Assembly: GCA_036562545.1 (NCBI GenBank) | Contig: DATCJZ010000039.1 | Location: forward strand, 293 to 64,292 | Source: Capillibacterium sp. | GTDB taxonomy: Bacteria > Bacillota > UBA4882 > UBA10575 | Reading direction: 5' to 3' | Length of the DNA: 64,000 nt | Shown here: piece after piece, positions 29,426 to 38,840 of the stretch | How the letters are laid out: every line of letters starts with the position of its first letter | Numbering within the stretch: position 1 is the stretch's first letter | Notes under the pieces: generated by a model | The model's input: only the letters and a program-made list of their open reading frames with translations | The model's database searches: none | What the model was told of the DNA's origin: nothing | Made by a program: the position numbers and the translations under genes

Positions 29426-30499
29426 TCAACCGTTCCGCAAGTAGACGGTTTGGGTGGGATAGGCGAACTTGATCCCGCGTTTGCTGAATTCGTCGATGAT
29501 TTTCAGGTTGATCTCCTGTTGGATATCCATGTATTTGTTATAGTCATTGGTCAAAACATAATAGACCACTTCGAAAAGGAGGCTGTATTCGCCGAAGGCG
29601 CTGAAGTGGGCCCGGTTTAACTCCGTGTCGGGGATACTTTTGATGATCCCGGCAAGAATTTGGGGAATCTCTTTGACCAGGTCGGCCTCGGTTTGGTAAC
29701 TAACCCCGATGGTAAAGGTAATCCGCCGGCGTTTCATCCGTTTGTAATTGCGCAGTCGGGAACTGGACAAATCCGTATTCGAAATAATCAATTCCTCGCC
29801 GGTGAGACTCCGCAGACGGGTGGTCTTGAGCCCAATATTTTCGACGGTTCCGGAGAAGGAATCAATGACGATGTAATCACCGACTTCAAAGGGGCGGTCA
29901 AAGTAGATGGTAAAATAATTGAATAAGTCGCTGAGGACGACCTGGGCGGCCAGGGCGACGGCGATACCGCCGATTCCAAGGCCGGTGACCAGGGCGGAGA
30001 TTTGGACACCTAAGTTATCAAGGAGAATGGTCAGGGCTAAAAGCCAAACCAGGAAGGTGAGAAACTTCGAAATTATTTGAATGACATATTTTTTGCTGGT
30101 ATCAATCTGGTGGTAGCTAAAGTAGTATTCCAGCACCTGGTTGAATAAAGCCAATAAATAGCGGACCCCGAAGATCACCAGTAAGGTGAGGGAGAGGCCG
30201 TTGATAATTTTCATCCAAAGCGGAGAAAGGGTTAAGTGGTACATGCTCAGGTAAAACAGGCCGATATAGGCGATGGGCAAGAGATTCTGTTCGCCGTTTT
30301 TAAGAAAAAAAGCAAAAAAACCTTTCTGTGTTTTCTCCGCCCAACGACGGAATTTGCCAAGGAGGATTTTTTGGATGAAGCGTAAAATCACAAAACCGGC
30401 GGCGAAGATGAACAGTGTAATCAGGTAATCTTTGATACTGTTATGAAAAAGATTATATTCGAAGATTTTGGTCCACAAAGCGATCATTTCCCCCATCAA
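29426..30499 (-). CDS. mechanosensitive ion channel family protein (MscS-like)
   Basis: Several N-terminal TM helices, then the MscS beta-domain signature PFEVGDYIVIDSFSGTVENIGLKTTRLRSLTGEELIISN. Confidence 0.85.
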   Translation of the reverse strand: MMGEMIALWTKIFEYNLFHNSIKDYLITLFIFAAGFVILRFIQKILLGKFRRWAEKTQKGFFAFFLKNGEQNLLPIAYIGLFYLSMYHLTLSPLWMKIINGLSLTLLVIFGVRYLLALFNQVLEYYFSYHQIDTSKKYVIQIISKFLTFLVWLLALTILLDNLGVQISALVTGLGIGGIAVALAAQVVLSDLFNYFTIYFDRPFEVGDYIVIDSFSGTVENIGLKTTRLRSLTGEELIISNTDLSSSRLRNYKRMKRRRITFTIGVSYQTEADLVKEIPQILAGIIKSIPDTELNRAHFSAFGEYSLLFEVVYYVLTNDYNKYMDIQQEINLKIIDEFSKRGIKFAYPTQTVYLRNG

Positions 30500-30683
30500 G
30501 GATTATAATTACCATAAATATAATATATAATATCATAAATTGTCCACCTTTGGCAGATGCAAGAAATGGCATGGGAAACCAGCGTTTATTAACAGCAAAT
30601 ATTCATGGTTTTTTCTCTTCCGGGTCCGAATACTTTGCTTACCCGTCTTATTAGGCAAGAACTATTGGCGGATCTATAGAAGC

Positions 30684-30725
30684 TTATAAAAAAGAACGGT
30701 TGCCATCTTGGGCATGACAACCGTT
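30684..30725 (-). terminator. rho-independent terminator after the csgG-like gene
   Basis: On the minus strand: aacggttgtcat...atggcaaccgtt followed by ctttttt. Confidence 0.75.
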
Positions 30726-30760
30726 GAAAGAACCGGTTCTTGACGGGTCTTGGTTTTGCT

Positions 30761-31687
30761 TTACTTTTCAACTTCGACCAGATCTCCCACTTGAATGGAG
30801 AGCCCCTCCACCGTGGCGATGATTTGGGTTACCGCCGCGTTTTCATCCACACTGACCACCTGTAAAGTACCGTTGGGTAAACGGACCGGGTCTTTTAACC
30901 CTTCGATTTTTTCCAAACGGAAAACCGAAAACTTGGTGGCGGGTGTAATCCCTTTCGCCCCCAAATTGACAATCACATAATTGCCTGTAATGCCGACAAT
31001 TTTTCCTTGCTGTCCCCCGCCACTGCCGCCCAGGCGGTCTTTGGCCTTCGCCAACGTCTGATTAAACTGCGCACAGAAGCTGTCAACGGCTTTATTCAAG
31101 GCTTTTCCGAGAATCGATTCTTCAAACTGTTTCGTGCCAAAAGAAAGGCCTTGTAATTTATCGATGGAGAGGTCCAAACCGGTTTCCTTGCCTTCCGCAT
31201 CGATGGAGCCTAAAATTTGACCCGTTTCGACGCCGACCAGCCGGGCGGATAGAACAGTCCGTGCCGTTGTCCCGCTGACCTGGAGCGGGCCAAAGCCTAC
31301 CCCGCTTTTACTTGTTAAGGAAAAATCATTAATGCTTCCTAATACTAAAATATCTACCCCGAGGATTCTTCCGATTTTTACGGCCGAACTCAAGTCAACG
31401 GCGCCCGATTGTTGAAAATGTTGTTCCGTAAGAATTTCCTTGATTCTTTCCCTTTCGATCAAGATTAAATCCGGCTGGTTCGCCAAGCGGTCCGTAATCA
31501 TCTGGGTAATCCCTTCGATGAGTTGATCCCGTTGGTCCCACCTTATTTGAAGATTTCCTGCCGCAGCAAAAGGTAACACGGCCAGCGAATAGCTTCTTTG
31601 CGCCCCAGCGGGAAGGCAAAGCGCGAGACATAAGGTCAAGACGAGAAGGATAATCAGGAAGAAAGACTTTTTGGGCAACTTTATCAT
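30761..31687 (-). CDS. CsgG/HfaB-family lipoprotein-like protein
   Basis: Signal peptide with Cys-containing lipobox-like LTLCLALC. CsgG-like region LAVLPF...LILIERERIKEILTEQHFQQSGAVD...KIGRILGVDILVLGSI. Gly-rich linker and a C-terminal beta-rich domain. Confidence 0.65.
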   Translation of the reverse strand: MIKLPKKSFFLIILLVLTLCLALCLPAGAQRSYSLAVLPFAAAGNLQIRWDQRDQLIEGITQMITDRLANQPDLILIERERIKEILTEQHFQQSGAVDLSSAVKIGRILGVDILVLGSINDFSLTSKSGVGFGPLQVSGTTARTVLSARLVGVETGQILGSIDAEGKETGLDLSIDKLQGLSFGTKQFEESILGKALNKAVDSFCAQFNQTLAKAKDRLGGSGGGQQGKIVGITGNYVIVNLGAKGITPATKFSVFRLEKIEGLKDPVRLPNGTLQVVSVDENAAVTQIIATVEGLSIQVGDLVEVEK

Positions 31688-32074
31688 TCTCCTCTTTCTT
31701 TAATCTTTTTACTTCCGACCTGAACAGTGCTTGTCTTTTCTTCTGAAAAGGAACCAGACCAGACTTGCCTTGGGGTCGTTCCTTAACCGTTATTTCTTGT
31801 ATTATTATGACTTGTGAAATAGATTTCTACAATTTATGTTTGATTCCTTCTCCATGCCCGGTGCGCAAGGAAAAAGCGGCCGGGGAAGGGTTAGCTTCTG
31901 CATTTATGAGTTAAGCTTCTTTCTTTCTTTTGGGAAAAAAAGCGCCATCTCTAGAGTGGGGATTGGCTTTATACATAAAAAAGGATAGAATATTTTATAT
32001 ATTTGGTCCGGGGCGCAACCCACGCCGGAACTGTCCGGACCCGGGAAAAGAGTTGCCAAGTTTAATGAAAGGGG

Positions 32075-33319
32075 ATGATCAAAATGAATAATATTCTCCA
32101 TTTTATCATATTTACCATGCCCGCTTGGTTGCGGATTGCCCTCATCTTGTTCTTGATTTCCCTCAATTATGGCGCCGAGTTTTTGGTTGAGCGGTCCATC
32201 CGGAAAGTGTACCGGCAAACGGAATCCGCGGAAGCGGCGATGAACAAATTGCGAATCTACAACCAATATTTCTTACCAATCCTGCAACTGATTACGGTAG
32301 TACCCATCGAGTTTATGACCGCGAAATACTTTGTCCGTTTTGGGAGAGTGGGGCTCTTCATTTTTCTGCTCCTCATTTTATTTCTTCTTTTTTTGCTGAT
32401 CAATATCGGGCAATTATTGATCATCAACAAAACCTATAGAAAGATCAGAGGAACAACCCAATCTTTGTTTAGCCAGATTCGGGATATTACCTTAACCTTT
32501 TTCTTTATCCTGGTGCCGGTGGGATTGCTCAAAATGCTTTCTTTTCTTATTGAAAATATTCAGATGATAAGTCCGGCGCTGAAGAGTATGCTTTCGGTAG
32601 TTATAACAATAATCATGATTTTTCTGTTCAATCTCGTCCTGCCGTTTTTTTATCCGAAATTATTTAAAGCCGTTCCTTTGGCCGATGAAAGACTCGGTGA
32701 ACTCCTGGACGGACTCTTTGTCCGGGCGGGAATAAAAAAAGCAAAATTGTATCAATGGCCGACAAAGGAAAAGAAGCTTGCCAACGCATTGGTCGTCGGC
32801 CTGGTCAAACCGAAGGTTTTGATCAGCGATTACTACCTGGAAAACGCAGAACCCGCGGAGATCGAGGCCATTATTGCCCACGAAGTGGGACACCTTAAAT
32901 ATAAACACCTCCTTAAACGCTTGTTGTATATCATTGGGGGACTGGGCGAAGTTTATCTGGCGGGTCAGCTCATGGAGTGGTATGAAAATTACACCGGAAC
33001 AGAGATTAATACCTATTTAGGCTTGGCCGTCCTCCTCGTGCCTTTTGCCTTATATATCTCCTTCGGGTTATTAAAATACTACCGCAGTCAAGAGAAAAAG
33101 GCGGATGAATATGCTTTGCAAATTGGAGTGCAACCGGATGTCATGATCACCGCCTTACTTAAGCTGGCGCGTTTAAACCATACAACGACCAGGTTGAAGA
33201 AGTTGGACGAGGGATTCCAGACCCATCCTTCCATTGCCAGGAGAATCCAACAGATCGAAAAGATCAGCGGCTACAAATATGACCCCAACTCGGGAGATAC
33301 TTTTCAAAAAACCCCTTGA
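32075..33319 (+). CDS. M48-family zinc metalloprotease, polytopic membrane protein
   Basis: HEVGHLKYKH (HExxH) and a downstream EKKADEYA. At least five N-terminal TM helices. Alternative start ATG at 32084. Confidence 0.8.
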   Translation: MIKMNNILHFIIFTMPAWLRIALILFLISLNYGAEFLVERSIRKVYRQTESAEAAMNKLRIYNQYFLPILQLITVVPIEFMTAKYFVRFGRVGLFIFLLLILFLLFLLINIGQLLIINKTYRKIRGTTQSLFSQIRDITLTFFFILVPVGLLKMLSFLIENIQMISPALKSMLSVVITIIMIFLFNLVLPFFYPKLFKAVPLADERLGELLDGLFVRAGIKKAKLYQWPTKEKKLANALVVGLVKPKVLISDYYLENAEPAEIEAIIAHEVGHLKYKHLLKRLLYIIGGLGEVYLAGQLMEWYENYTGTEINTYLGLAVLLVPFALYISFGLLKYYRSQEKKADEYALQIGVQPDVMITALLKLARLNHTTTRLKKLDEGFQTHPSIARRIQQIEKISGYKYDPNSGDTFQKTP

Positions 33320-33344
33320 CAAAAAACTCAATTCGGGGTATTCT
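33316..33344 (+). promoter_or_regulatory. sigma-A type promoter of tRNA-Ala
   Basis: TTGACA (33316-33321, overlapping the M48 stop), 17-nt spacer, TATTCT (33339-33344), about 20 nt before the tRNA 5' end. Confidence 0.65.
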
Positions 33345-33364
33345 ATTACTTGTCACCAGGACAT

Positions 33365-33440
<76 letters not shown>

Positions 33441-33453
33441 AAAAGAAAAGATA

Positions 33454-33480
33454 AACCCTGCGTAAGCAGGGTTTTTTCTT
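33454..33480. terminator. terminator shared by tRNA-Ala and convergent rtcB
   Basis: aaccctgc-gtaa-gcagggtt followed by ttttcttt, and preceded by an A-rich tract. Confidence 0.75.
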
Positions 33481-33523
33481 TATATATTTGCTGACAATGA
33501 CAACAGTTATACGGACATATTAT

Positions 33524-34642
33524 TTAGTCGCCACGGGCTTTGAAATTATAAAGCGGTTTCACGAAATCGTTGATCTCCACCGTTTCGGTGATATTTTGGA
33601 TAATCAGTTCTTTATCTTTATAGGCGTCGGGCGCCTCATCGATGGTTTCTTTTGTCGCGGTGGTGGTAAAGACTCCGGCTTTTTTCATTCCTTGGGCAAA
33701 GTCGTTCACCGAAAGAATTTGTTTGGCTTTGGTCCGGGAGAGAATCCGTCCGGCGCCATGGGGCGCGGAATAATTGTACTTGGCTGAACCTTTCCCGGTG
33801 CAAAGGGCAAGGCCGTCGCGCATGTTGAAGGGAATAATGAGCCTTTCCCCTTGCCGGGCGGGGGTTGCCCCTTTCCGGATAATGTTATCCTCGCCAATGA
33901 AATTATGGACCGATTCAACGACTTCACAGGGCTCGGTGCCGAAAAAGCGGGAGATCTCCGCCAGCATTGTTGCGCGGTTTAATGCGGCGTAAGCCTGGGC
34001 AAACCGGGCGGCGTTGAGATAGTCCTGTCCGTCCTGGCTGTCGACCAGGAGAAACTCAAGGTCTTTATACTGCTTGCCCGGGTAATTCCGTTCCAGGTTC
34101 TTCTTGGCTTTGTCCTGAAAGTAGGTGGCGATCCTTAAACCGAAATGACGGCTGCCGGAATGGATGGTCACCCAGGTCTGGCCTTGTGAATCCTTTCCGA
34201 CCTCAATGAAATGATTTCCTCCGCCGAGGGTACCGATACTGCGGAGGGCTTTGCCGTAATCCATTCCGATCACATCTGTCCAGTAACGCAAGGCCGGGTC
34301 GTCTTTGACTTTGGCCTTTTTATGAATGGAAAATCCGGCGGGAATGTTTTTCTTGATGAAGCGGTCGAAGGCGGCCAGATCCAACCCGTCAACTTCAAAA
34401 CGGGCCGCCAGCACCCCGCAGCCCAGATCAACCCCGACGATGTTGGGAATTATATAGTCGTTCAGCTTCATGGTGAAGCCGATGACCGCGCCCTTTCCCG
34501 CGTGGCAGTCGGGCATGATGGCAATATAGGTATCGGCGAAGGCGGGATGATCCAGGAGAGTTTGAACCTGCGCACGCGTGGTGTCGTCGATTTCATCAAT
34601 CATGATGTGGGCGGAGTTATATTGGCCTTTGAGGGTCAGCAT
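33524..34642 (-). CDS. rtcB: RNA-splicing ligase RtcB (short form)
   Basis: Metal and GMP-His motifs: MPDCHAGKG, DLGCGV, GGGNHFIEV, HSGSRHFG and SAPHGAGR. Confidence 0.9.
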   Translation of the reverse strand: MLTLKGQYNSAHIMIDEIDDTTRAQVQTLLDHPAFADTYIAIMPDCHAGKGAVIGFTMKLNDYIIPNIVGVDLGCGVLAARFEVDGLDLAAFDRFIKKNIPAGFSIHKKAKVKDDPALRYWTDVIGMDYGKALRSIGTLGGGNHFIEVGKDSQGQTWVTIHSGSRHFGLRIATYFQDKAKKNLERNYPGKQYKDLEFLLVDSQDGQDYLNAARFAQAYAALNRATMLAEISRFFGTEPCEVVESVHNFIGEDNIIRKGATPARQGERLIIPFNMRDGLALCTGKGSAKYNYSAPHGAGRILSRTKAKQILSVNDFAQGMKKAGVFTTTATKETIDEAPDAYKDKELIIQNITETVEINDFVKPLYNFKARGD

Positions 34643-34773
34643 CTCCTTTCTCCTTTCCCGTATTTATGTGGCAGTATCCGGTGCCAGTGCTCACCGGGTT
34701 GAAATTATCTCATTTACAATTGATTAAGCAACTGGCAAAACTTATTCTTCCGTTCCAACGGTTGATAAAAATA

Positions 34774-35985
34774 TTATGTTTTTTCCTCCGGCCGGCTTGC
34801 CTTGACGTGAGTAGACGGTCTGCTCAGAAAGAGGCCGCACATTAAAAGCACGGGGAAGGCCAAAGCGGCGACTAAGCCGTTGGTGAGGTTGTCGCCGCTT
34901 GCTCCGGCCACCAGGCCGACCAATGTGGGCCCGGCCGCGCAGCCCACATCACCGGCCAGGGCAAGCAGGGCAAACATGGCACTCCCGCCCCGCGGACAGT
35001 TTTGGGCGGCAAGGCTTAAGGTCCCGGGCCAAAAAATCCCCACCGACAGACCGCACAAACAGCAACCGACCAGGCTGGCGAAGGGCGAAGGTGAAAATGC
35101 CGCCAGGAGATAACTGATGATGCACAAGCATCCGCAGCCGGCCATAAAGTTGCCCAGGGCAATTTTTTCGCTGTATTTGGCGTAAAAGACCCGGGCAAAT
35201 CCCATGAGCACCGCAAAGAAGCAGGGTCCGGCCAGATCCCCGACGGTTTTGGGGATCTTGAGCCCGCTTTCGGCAAAGGCTGAAGCCCACTGGCTCATTG
35301 CTTGTTCCGAGGCGCCGGCGCAGATCATCAGTAAGATAAAGAGCCAAAACAGTTTGTGACGGAAAAGGCTGCCGGGGGACATGCCCTTGCCCTCTTCAAC
35401 CAGACGCGGGATGGGAACCTGGGTAAAATAAAGCGCATTTAAAAGGGGAATAATCGCCCATAGGAAGGCCAGATCCTTCCAATTGTCGATCCCGGCAAAA
35501 GAGAAGAATAAAGTAGAAACCAGAATGACAAAGACCGACCCCCAACAGTAAAAGGAATGCAAGAGGCTCATGGTTGCCGCCTTCTTTTTGGTGGGACATG
35601 CTTCCACGATGGGACTGGCTAAAACCTCAATCAAACCTCCGCCGATGGCATAACAGGCGACCGCCGCGAACAAACCGTAATAAGGCTGGCTAAACCATAC
35701 AGGAAAAACCCCGAGACCGATGAGGCCAACCGCCGAGAAAAGATGGGCGGCTACCATCGCCGGCCGGTGGCCAATCTTGTCCACGAAAAAAGCCGAAAGA
35801 AAATCAACCAAAAGTTGAATGCCAAAATTAGCGGTGACCAGCAGCGTAATTTTTTCCAACGGGATTTGGTAATCTTTTTGAAAGGTCAGAAACAAAAGAG
35901 GCGCAAAGTTATTAATGATCGCCTGGGTGATAAAACCGGTGTAACTCGCCAGTAAAGTATGTTGGTAATTGAGACGACTGTTCAT
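34774..35985 (-). CDS. MFS transporter
   Basis: 403 aa with about 12 hydrophobic segments in a 6+6 arrangement. Substrate unknown. Confidence 0.8.
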   Translation of the reverse strand: MNSRLNYQHTLLASYTGFITQAIINNFAPLLFLTFQKDYQIPLEKITLLVTANFGIQLLVDFLSAFFVDKIGHRPAMVAAHLFSAVGLIGLGVFPVWFSQPYYGLFAAVACYAIGGGLIEVLASPIVEACPTKKKAATMSLLHSFYCWGSVFVILVSTLFFSFAGIDNWKDLAFLWAIIPLLNALYFTQVPIPRLVEEGKGMSPGSLFRHKLFWLFILLMICAGASEQAMSQWASAFAESGLKIPKTVGDLAGPCFFAVLMGFARVFYAKYSEKIALGNFMAGCGCLCIISYLLAAFSPSPFASLVGCCLCGLSVGIFWPGTLSLAAQNCPRGGSAMFALLALAGDVGCAAGPTLVGLVAGASGDNLTNGLVAALAFPVLLMCGLFLSRPSTHVKASRPEEKT

Positions 35986-36291
35986 TGCTTTCCTCCGTTC
36001 GGTAGTAGTTTTATCAGGTTACGGGGGCAACGGTTATTTTCTAGACAAATTCAATCGGTATGGTAATTATATCATGTTTAGATAAACCATTTCAGCCCGG
36101 CTTTGCTTGCCGGGCTTTGTTTATTTTCCGTAATGGTTGATATTGAATTTTAATGATATATCCGAAAGAGACCTCCGGAACAATCTATTTTGACCTCGCC
36201 TTTTAAGAATTTATCTAAAATATGATGATTATCAAACACTTTGGAAACAGTTGATTTTGACTTCGTTTCATTAGAAGAAATTCCAGAATAG

Positions 36292-36327
36292 AAAAAACCG
36301 GTTCCATTTTAAGGAACCGGTTTTTTA
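36292..36327. terminator. terminator after serC (bidirectional hairpin)
   Basis: A6 run, then ccggttcc-attttaa-ggaaccgg, then a T6 run. Confidence 0.8.
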
Positions 36328-36356
36328 ATTCGCATATCTACCTTACCCGTGTTTAT

Positions 36357-37445
36357 TCACACATTCTTCGCCATGAACTCCTTCATGAATTCGGCCAGGG
36401 CTTTACAGCCTTCATAAGGCATGGCGTTATAGATGGAGGCGCGGAGGCCGCCGACGGAGCGGTGGCCTTTGAGGCCGACCAAACCTTGGCTAGTGGCTTC
36501 GCTGACGAATTTCTGCTCCAGTTCCTCGCTGGGGAGGCGGAAGGTGACGTTCATCAGGGACCGGCTGTTCTTTTCGGCATGGCCGCGGTAGAAACCGTTG
36601 CTTTGGTCAATGACATCGTAGATTAAAGCGGCTTTTTCCTTATTCCGTTGGTAGATGGCTTCGACGCCGCCTTGTTCTTCCAGCCATTTCAGCACGAGGG
36701 AGACCATATAGATGGCAAAGGTGGGCGGGGTATTATAGAGCGAGTTATTTTTGACGAAGGTTTCGTAACGGAGCATAACTGGAAGATTGGGATTGGCCTT
36801 TTCCAGCATATCCTCGCGGATAATCACGATGGTTACCCCGGCCGGGCCAAGGTTTTTCTGGGCCCCGGCGTAGATGAGGCCAAAAGGTTCAGGATTAAAA
36901 GGACGGGAAAGAATATCACTGGACATATCGGCGACCAGCGGAACATCACCGTAAGTGGGGAAGGTTTGCCACTGGGTGCCGTAGATGGTGTTATTGCTGG
37001 TCAGGTGGATGTAAACCGGGTTGGGGGAGAATTTAAGCTCGGCCGGATCCGGCAGGCGCCGGAAGCCTTCTTCACTCATATCCGCCGCCAAATGCACCTG
37101 GCCGAAATACTTTCCTTCCTGGGCGGCTTTTTTGGCAAAACTACCGGTTACCAAGTAATCGGCGGTTTTTTCCGGCGAGAGGAAATTCATGGGCACCATT
37201 TCAAACTGCAGGCTGGCGCCGCCTTGCAAGAAAAGGACTTTGTAGTTGTCACCCAACTTGAGCAGGCGTTTCAAACGGGCGGCTGCTTCATTCTGCACTT
37301 CTTCATACTGTTTCGAGCGGTGGCTGATCTCCATGACCGACATGCCGGTGGCGTGGAAATTAAGCAGTTCTTCCCGGGCAGTTTCCAGAACCGGGAGGGG
37401 AAGAGTGGCGGGGCCGGGGTAGAAGTTATAAACCCGTTCTGTCAT
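36357..37445 (-). CDS. serC: 3-phosphoserine/phosphohydroxythreonine aminotransferase
   Basis: YNFYPGPATLP N-terminus and the PLP lysine in YAGAQKNLGPAG. The ATG at 37445 is preceded by GGAAGCGAGG. The ORF opens at 37535. Confidence 0.9.
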   Translation of the reverse strand: MTERVYNFYPGPATLPLPVLETAREELLNFHATGMSVMEISHRSKQYEEVQNEAAARLKRLLKLGDNYKVLFLQGGASLQFEMVPMNFLSPEKTADYLVTGSFAKKAAQEGKYFGQVHLAADMSEEGFRRLPDPAELKFSPNPVYIHLTSNNTIYGTQWQTFPTYGDVPLVADMSSDILSRPFNPEPFGLIYAGAQKNLGPAGVTIVIIREDMLEKANPNLPVMLRYETFVKNNSLYNTPPTFAIYMVSLVLKWLEEQGGVEAIYQRNKEKAALIYDVIDQSNGFYRGHAEKNSRSLMNVTFRLPSEELEQKFVSEATSQGLVGLKGHRSVGGLRASIYNAMPYEGCKALAEFMKEFMAKNV

Positions 37446-37660
37446 CTTATAATACCTCGCTTCCGTTGAATATTTATTTAGAGCAATTATACTACCAATT
37501 TTTCCGGAGAACAAGGGAGAGACCGTTTCTGTCAACTTTTTTTAATATAATTAAAATTATTCGTTCCTTGAATTGACGATTAAAATTAAGGGCTCTTTAC
37601 CCGAATAAAGTCGAGAACTGTCTTTTTGTTTTATTGGCGAATCTCTGAATAGAAAATTTA

Positions 37661-37690
37661 ACCCGGTGTTTTGAAGGCACCGGGTTTTTA
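37661..37690 (-). terminator. hairpin terminator downstream of the DeoR-family gene
   Basis: acccggtg...caccgggt stem (37661-37685) with flanking T/A tracts. Confidence 0.55.
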
Positions 37691-37718
37691 AATCTTTCTG
37701 TTCGCGAAATAGTAACTT

Positions 37719-38516
37719 TTATTCATCTTGTTTTAGTGGCGGGACTTGAACAATCTTAACGCCGCGTCTGGTTAATGACTCCAATACGCTCTGATTAGCT
37801 TCTGTATCCGTGATCACGCACGAGATTTGTTCGGGGGAACCGGAAACAAAGCTGTGTTTTTTACCAATTTTGGTATGATCGGCCAGGATAAAACGTTCGC
37901 CGGTTACACGGCTAAGCATTAACTGATTGATGGCGACTTCGTGCATATTAGCTGTGGTAAAACCTTCTTCCGCGGTAAGTCCACTACAGCCTAAAAAGGC
38001 TTTGGTCGCATTCACTCGTGATAAATTATTCAACGCAAATTCACCCACCATGGATTTTTTCGAAATCTGAAGTTCACCGCCTAACAAAACTATGGATAAA
38101 TCCTTTTTTGCCTCGCTAAGAATTGCCCTTCCGTTGTTTGTAATGATTGTGACGTTTTTCGCGGTAATGTAATTTAGCATGAGGATCGCAGTGGAGCTAC
38201 TGTTGATAAAAACGGTATCGTGGTCATTGATAAACTCGACTGCGCGTTTGGCGATCGCCTGCTTATAGCGGATAATATCGTCGTCCATGGCCAGACCCAA
38301 GGAATTTGTTTGTATTGGATTTTCACGCAAGGTAGCCCCGCCATAAAAACGCTCGATAAGGCCGAGTTCCTCCAGATGGTCTAAATCACGCCTGATTGTT
38401 AATGGCGAGGTGTTTAATTGCTCGGCCAAGTCCTTAACATTGATCGAACCGTGTTGCTTTAGGAGTTTGTAAATTTTACTACGCCGGTTTTTTATGAAGT
38501 CATAACTGTTTTTCAT
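37719..38516 (-). CDS. DeoR-family transcriptional regulator (UlaR-like context)
   Basis: N-terminal HTH SINVKDLAEQLNTSPLTIRRDLDHLEE plus a DeoR C-terminal sugar-phosphate sensor domain. Divergent from the PTS operon. Confidence 0.85.
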   Translation of the reverse strand: MKNSYDFIKNRRSKIYKLLKQHGSINVKDLAEQLNTSPLTIRRDLDHLEELGLIERFYGGATLRENPIQTNSLGLAMDDDIIRYKQAIAKRAVEFINDHDTVFINSSSTAILMLNYITAKNVTIITNNGRAILSEAKKDLSIVLLGGELQISKKSMVGEFALNNLSRVNATKAFLGCSGLTAEEGFTTANMHEVAINQLMLSRVTGERFILADHTKIGKKHSFVSGSPEQISCVITDTEANQSVLESLTRRGVKIVQVPPLKQDE

Positions 38517-38591
38517 AACCAATCACCTTAAATATGAAATTTATAAAAATCAAATGGAGATGGAAAAGACGATTTCCATCGTCTTAATTAT

Positions 38592-38608
38592 ACGTTCAAA
38601 TTGAACGT
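38592..38608. promoter_or_regulatory. perfect 17-nt palindrome, candidate operator
   Basis: ACGTTCAA-A-TTGAACGT in the regulator/PTS divergent region. Confidence 0.4.
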
Positions 38609-38678
38609 TTGTCAAGAGAAAGAGATGAATAACTCCCCAAATAAGATCTATACACGAGCATTTTGTTTTATAAAACTC

Positions 38679-38707
38679 TTGTGTTCATATTTAAAGAATG
38701 TTATAAT
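38679..38707 (+). promoter_or_regulatory. sigma-A type promoter of the PTS operon
   Basis: TTGTGT (38679-38684), 17-nt spacer, TATAAT (38702-38707). Confidence 0.6.
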
Positions 38708-38727
38708 GTTTTTGCGCTCATAATTAC

Positions 38728-38742
38728 AGTGAATGATTCACT
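38728..38742. promoter_or_regulatory. perfect 15-nt palindrome just downstream of the -10, candidate operator
   Basis: AGTGAAT-G-ATTCACT, starting 21 nt after the TATAAT. Confidence 0.45.
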
Positions 38743-38840
38743 AATACGAACGAAAAAGATCAAACTGTTCAGCAAATATATAGTAAATCAAAAAAGGTCT
38801 TGCATTATGAATTAAGATAAGTTTTTTCAGGAGGCTGAAA

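Noticed and set aside
32016-32056. The words CCGGAC...ACCCGG are reminiscent of the guanidine-III (ykkC-III) riboswitch.
   Set aside because: The conserved GACAAGACGG segment and the pseudoknot partners are absent. The resemblance is limited to two short GC words.
36648-37469. Long antisense ORFs: 273 aa opposite serC, also 7745-8242 opposite adhE, 17739-18296 opposite pyrP, 34211-34702 opposite rtcB, 1270-1794 opposite the GH13 gene, and 367-828.
   Set aside because: Each lies opposite a gene with unambiguous family motifs. They are Arg/Gly/Pro/His-rich, as expected from reverse-frame reading of GC-biased codons. They lack an RBS and any recognisable motif.
38728-38742. The palindrome AGTGAATGATTCACT considered as a catabolite-responsive element (cre).
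   Set aside because: The cre consensus TGWAANCGNTNWCA requires a central CG and a 14-nt frame. This site has a single central G and different spacing.
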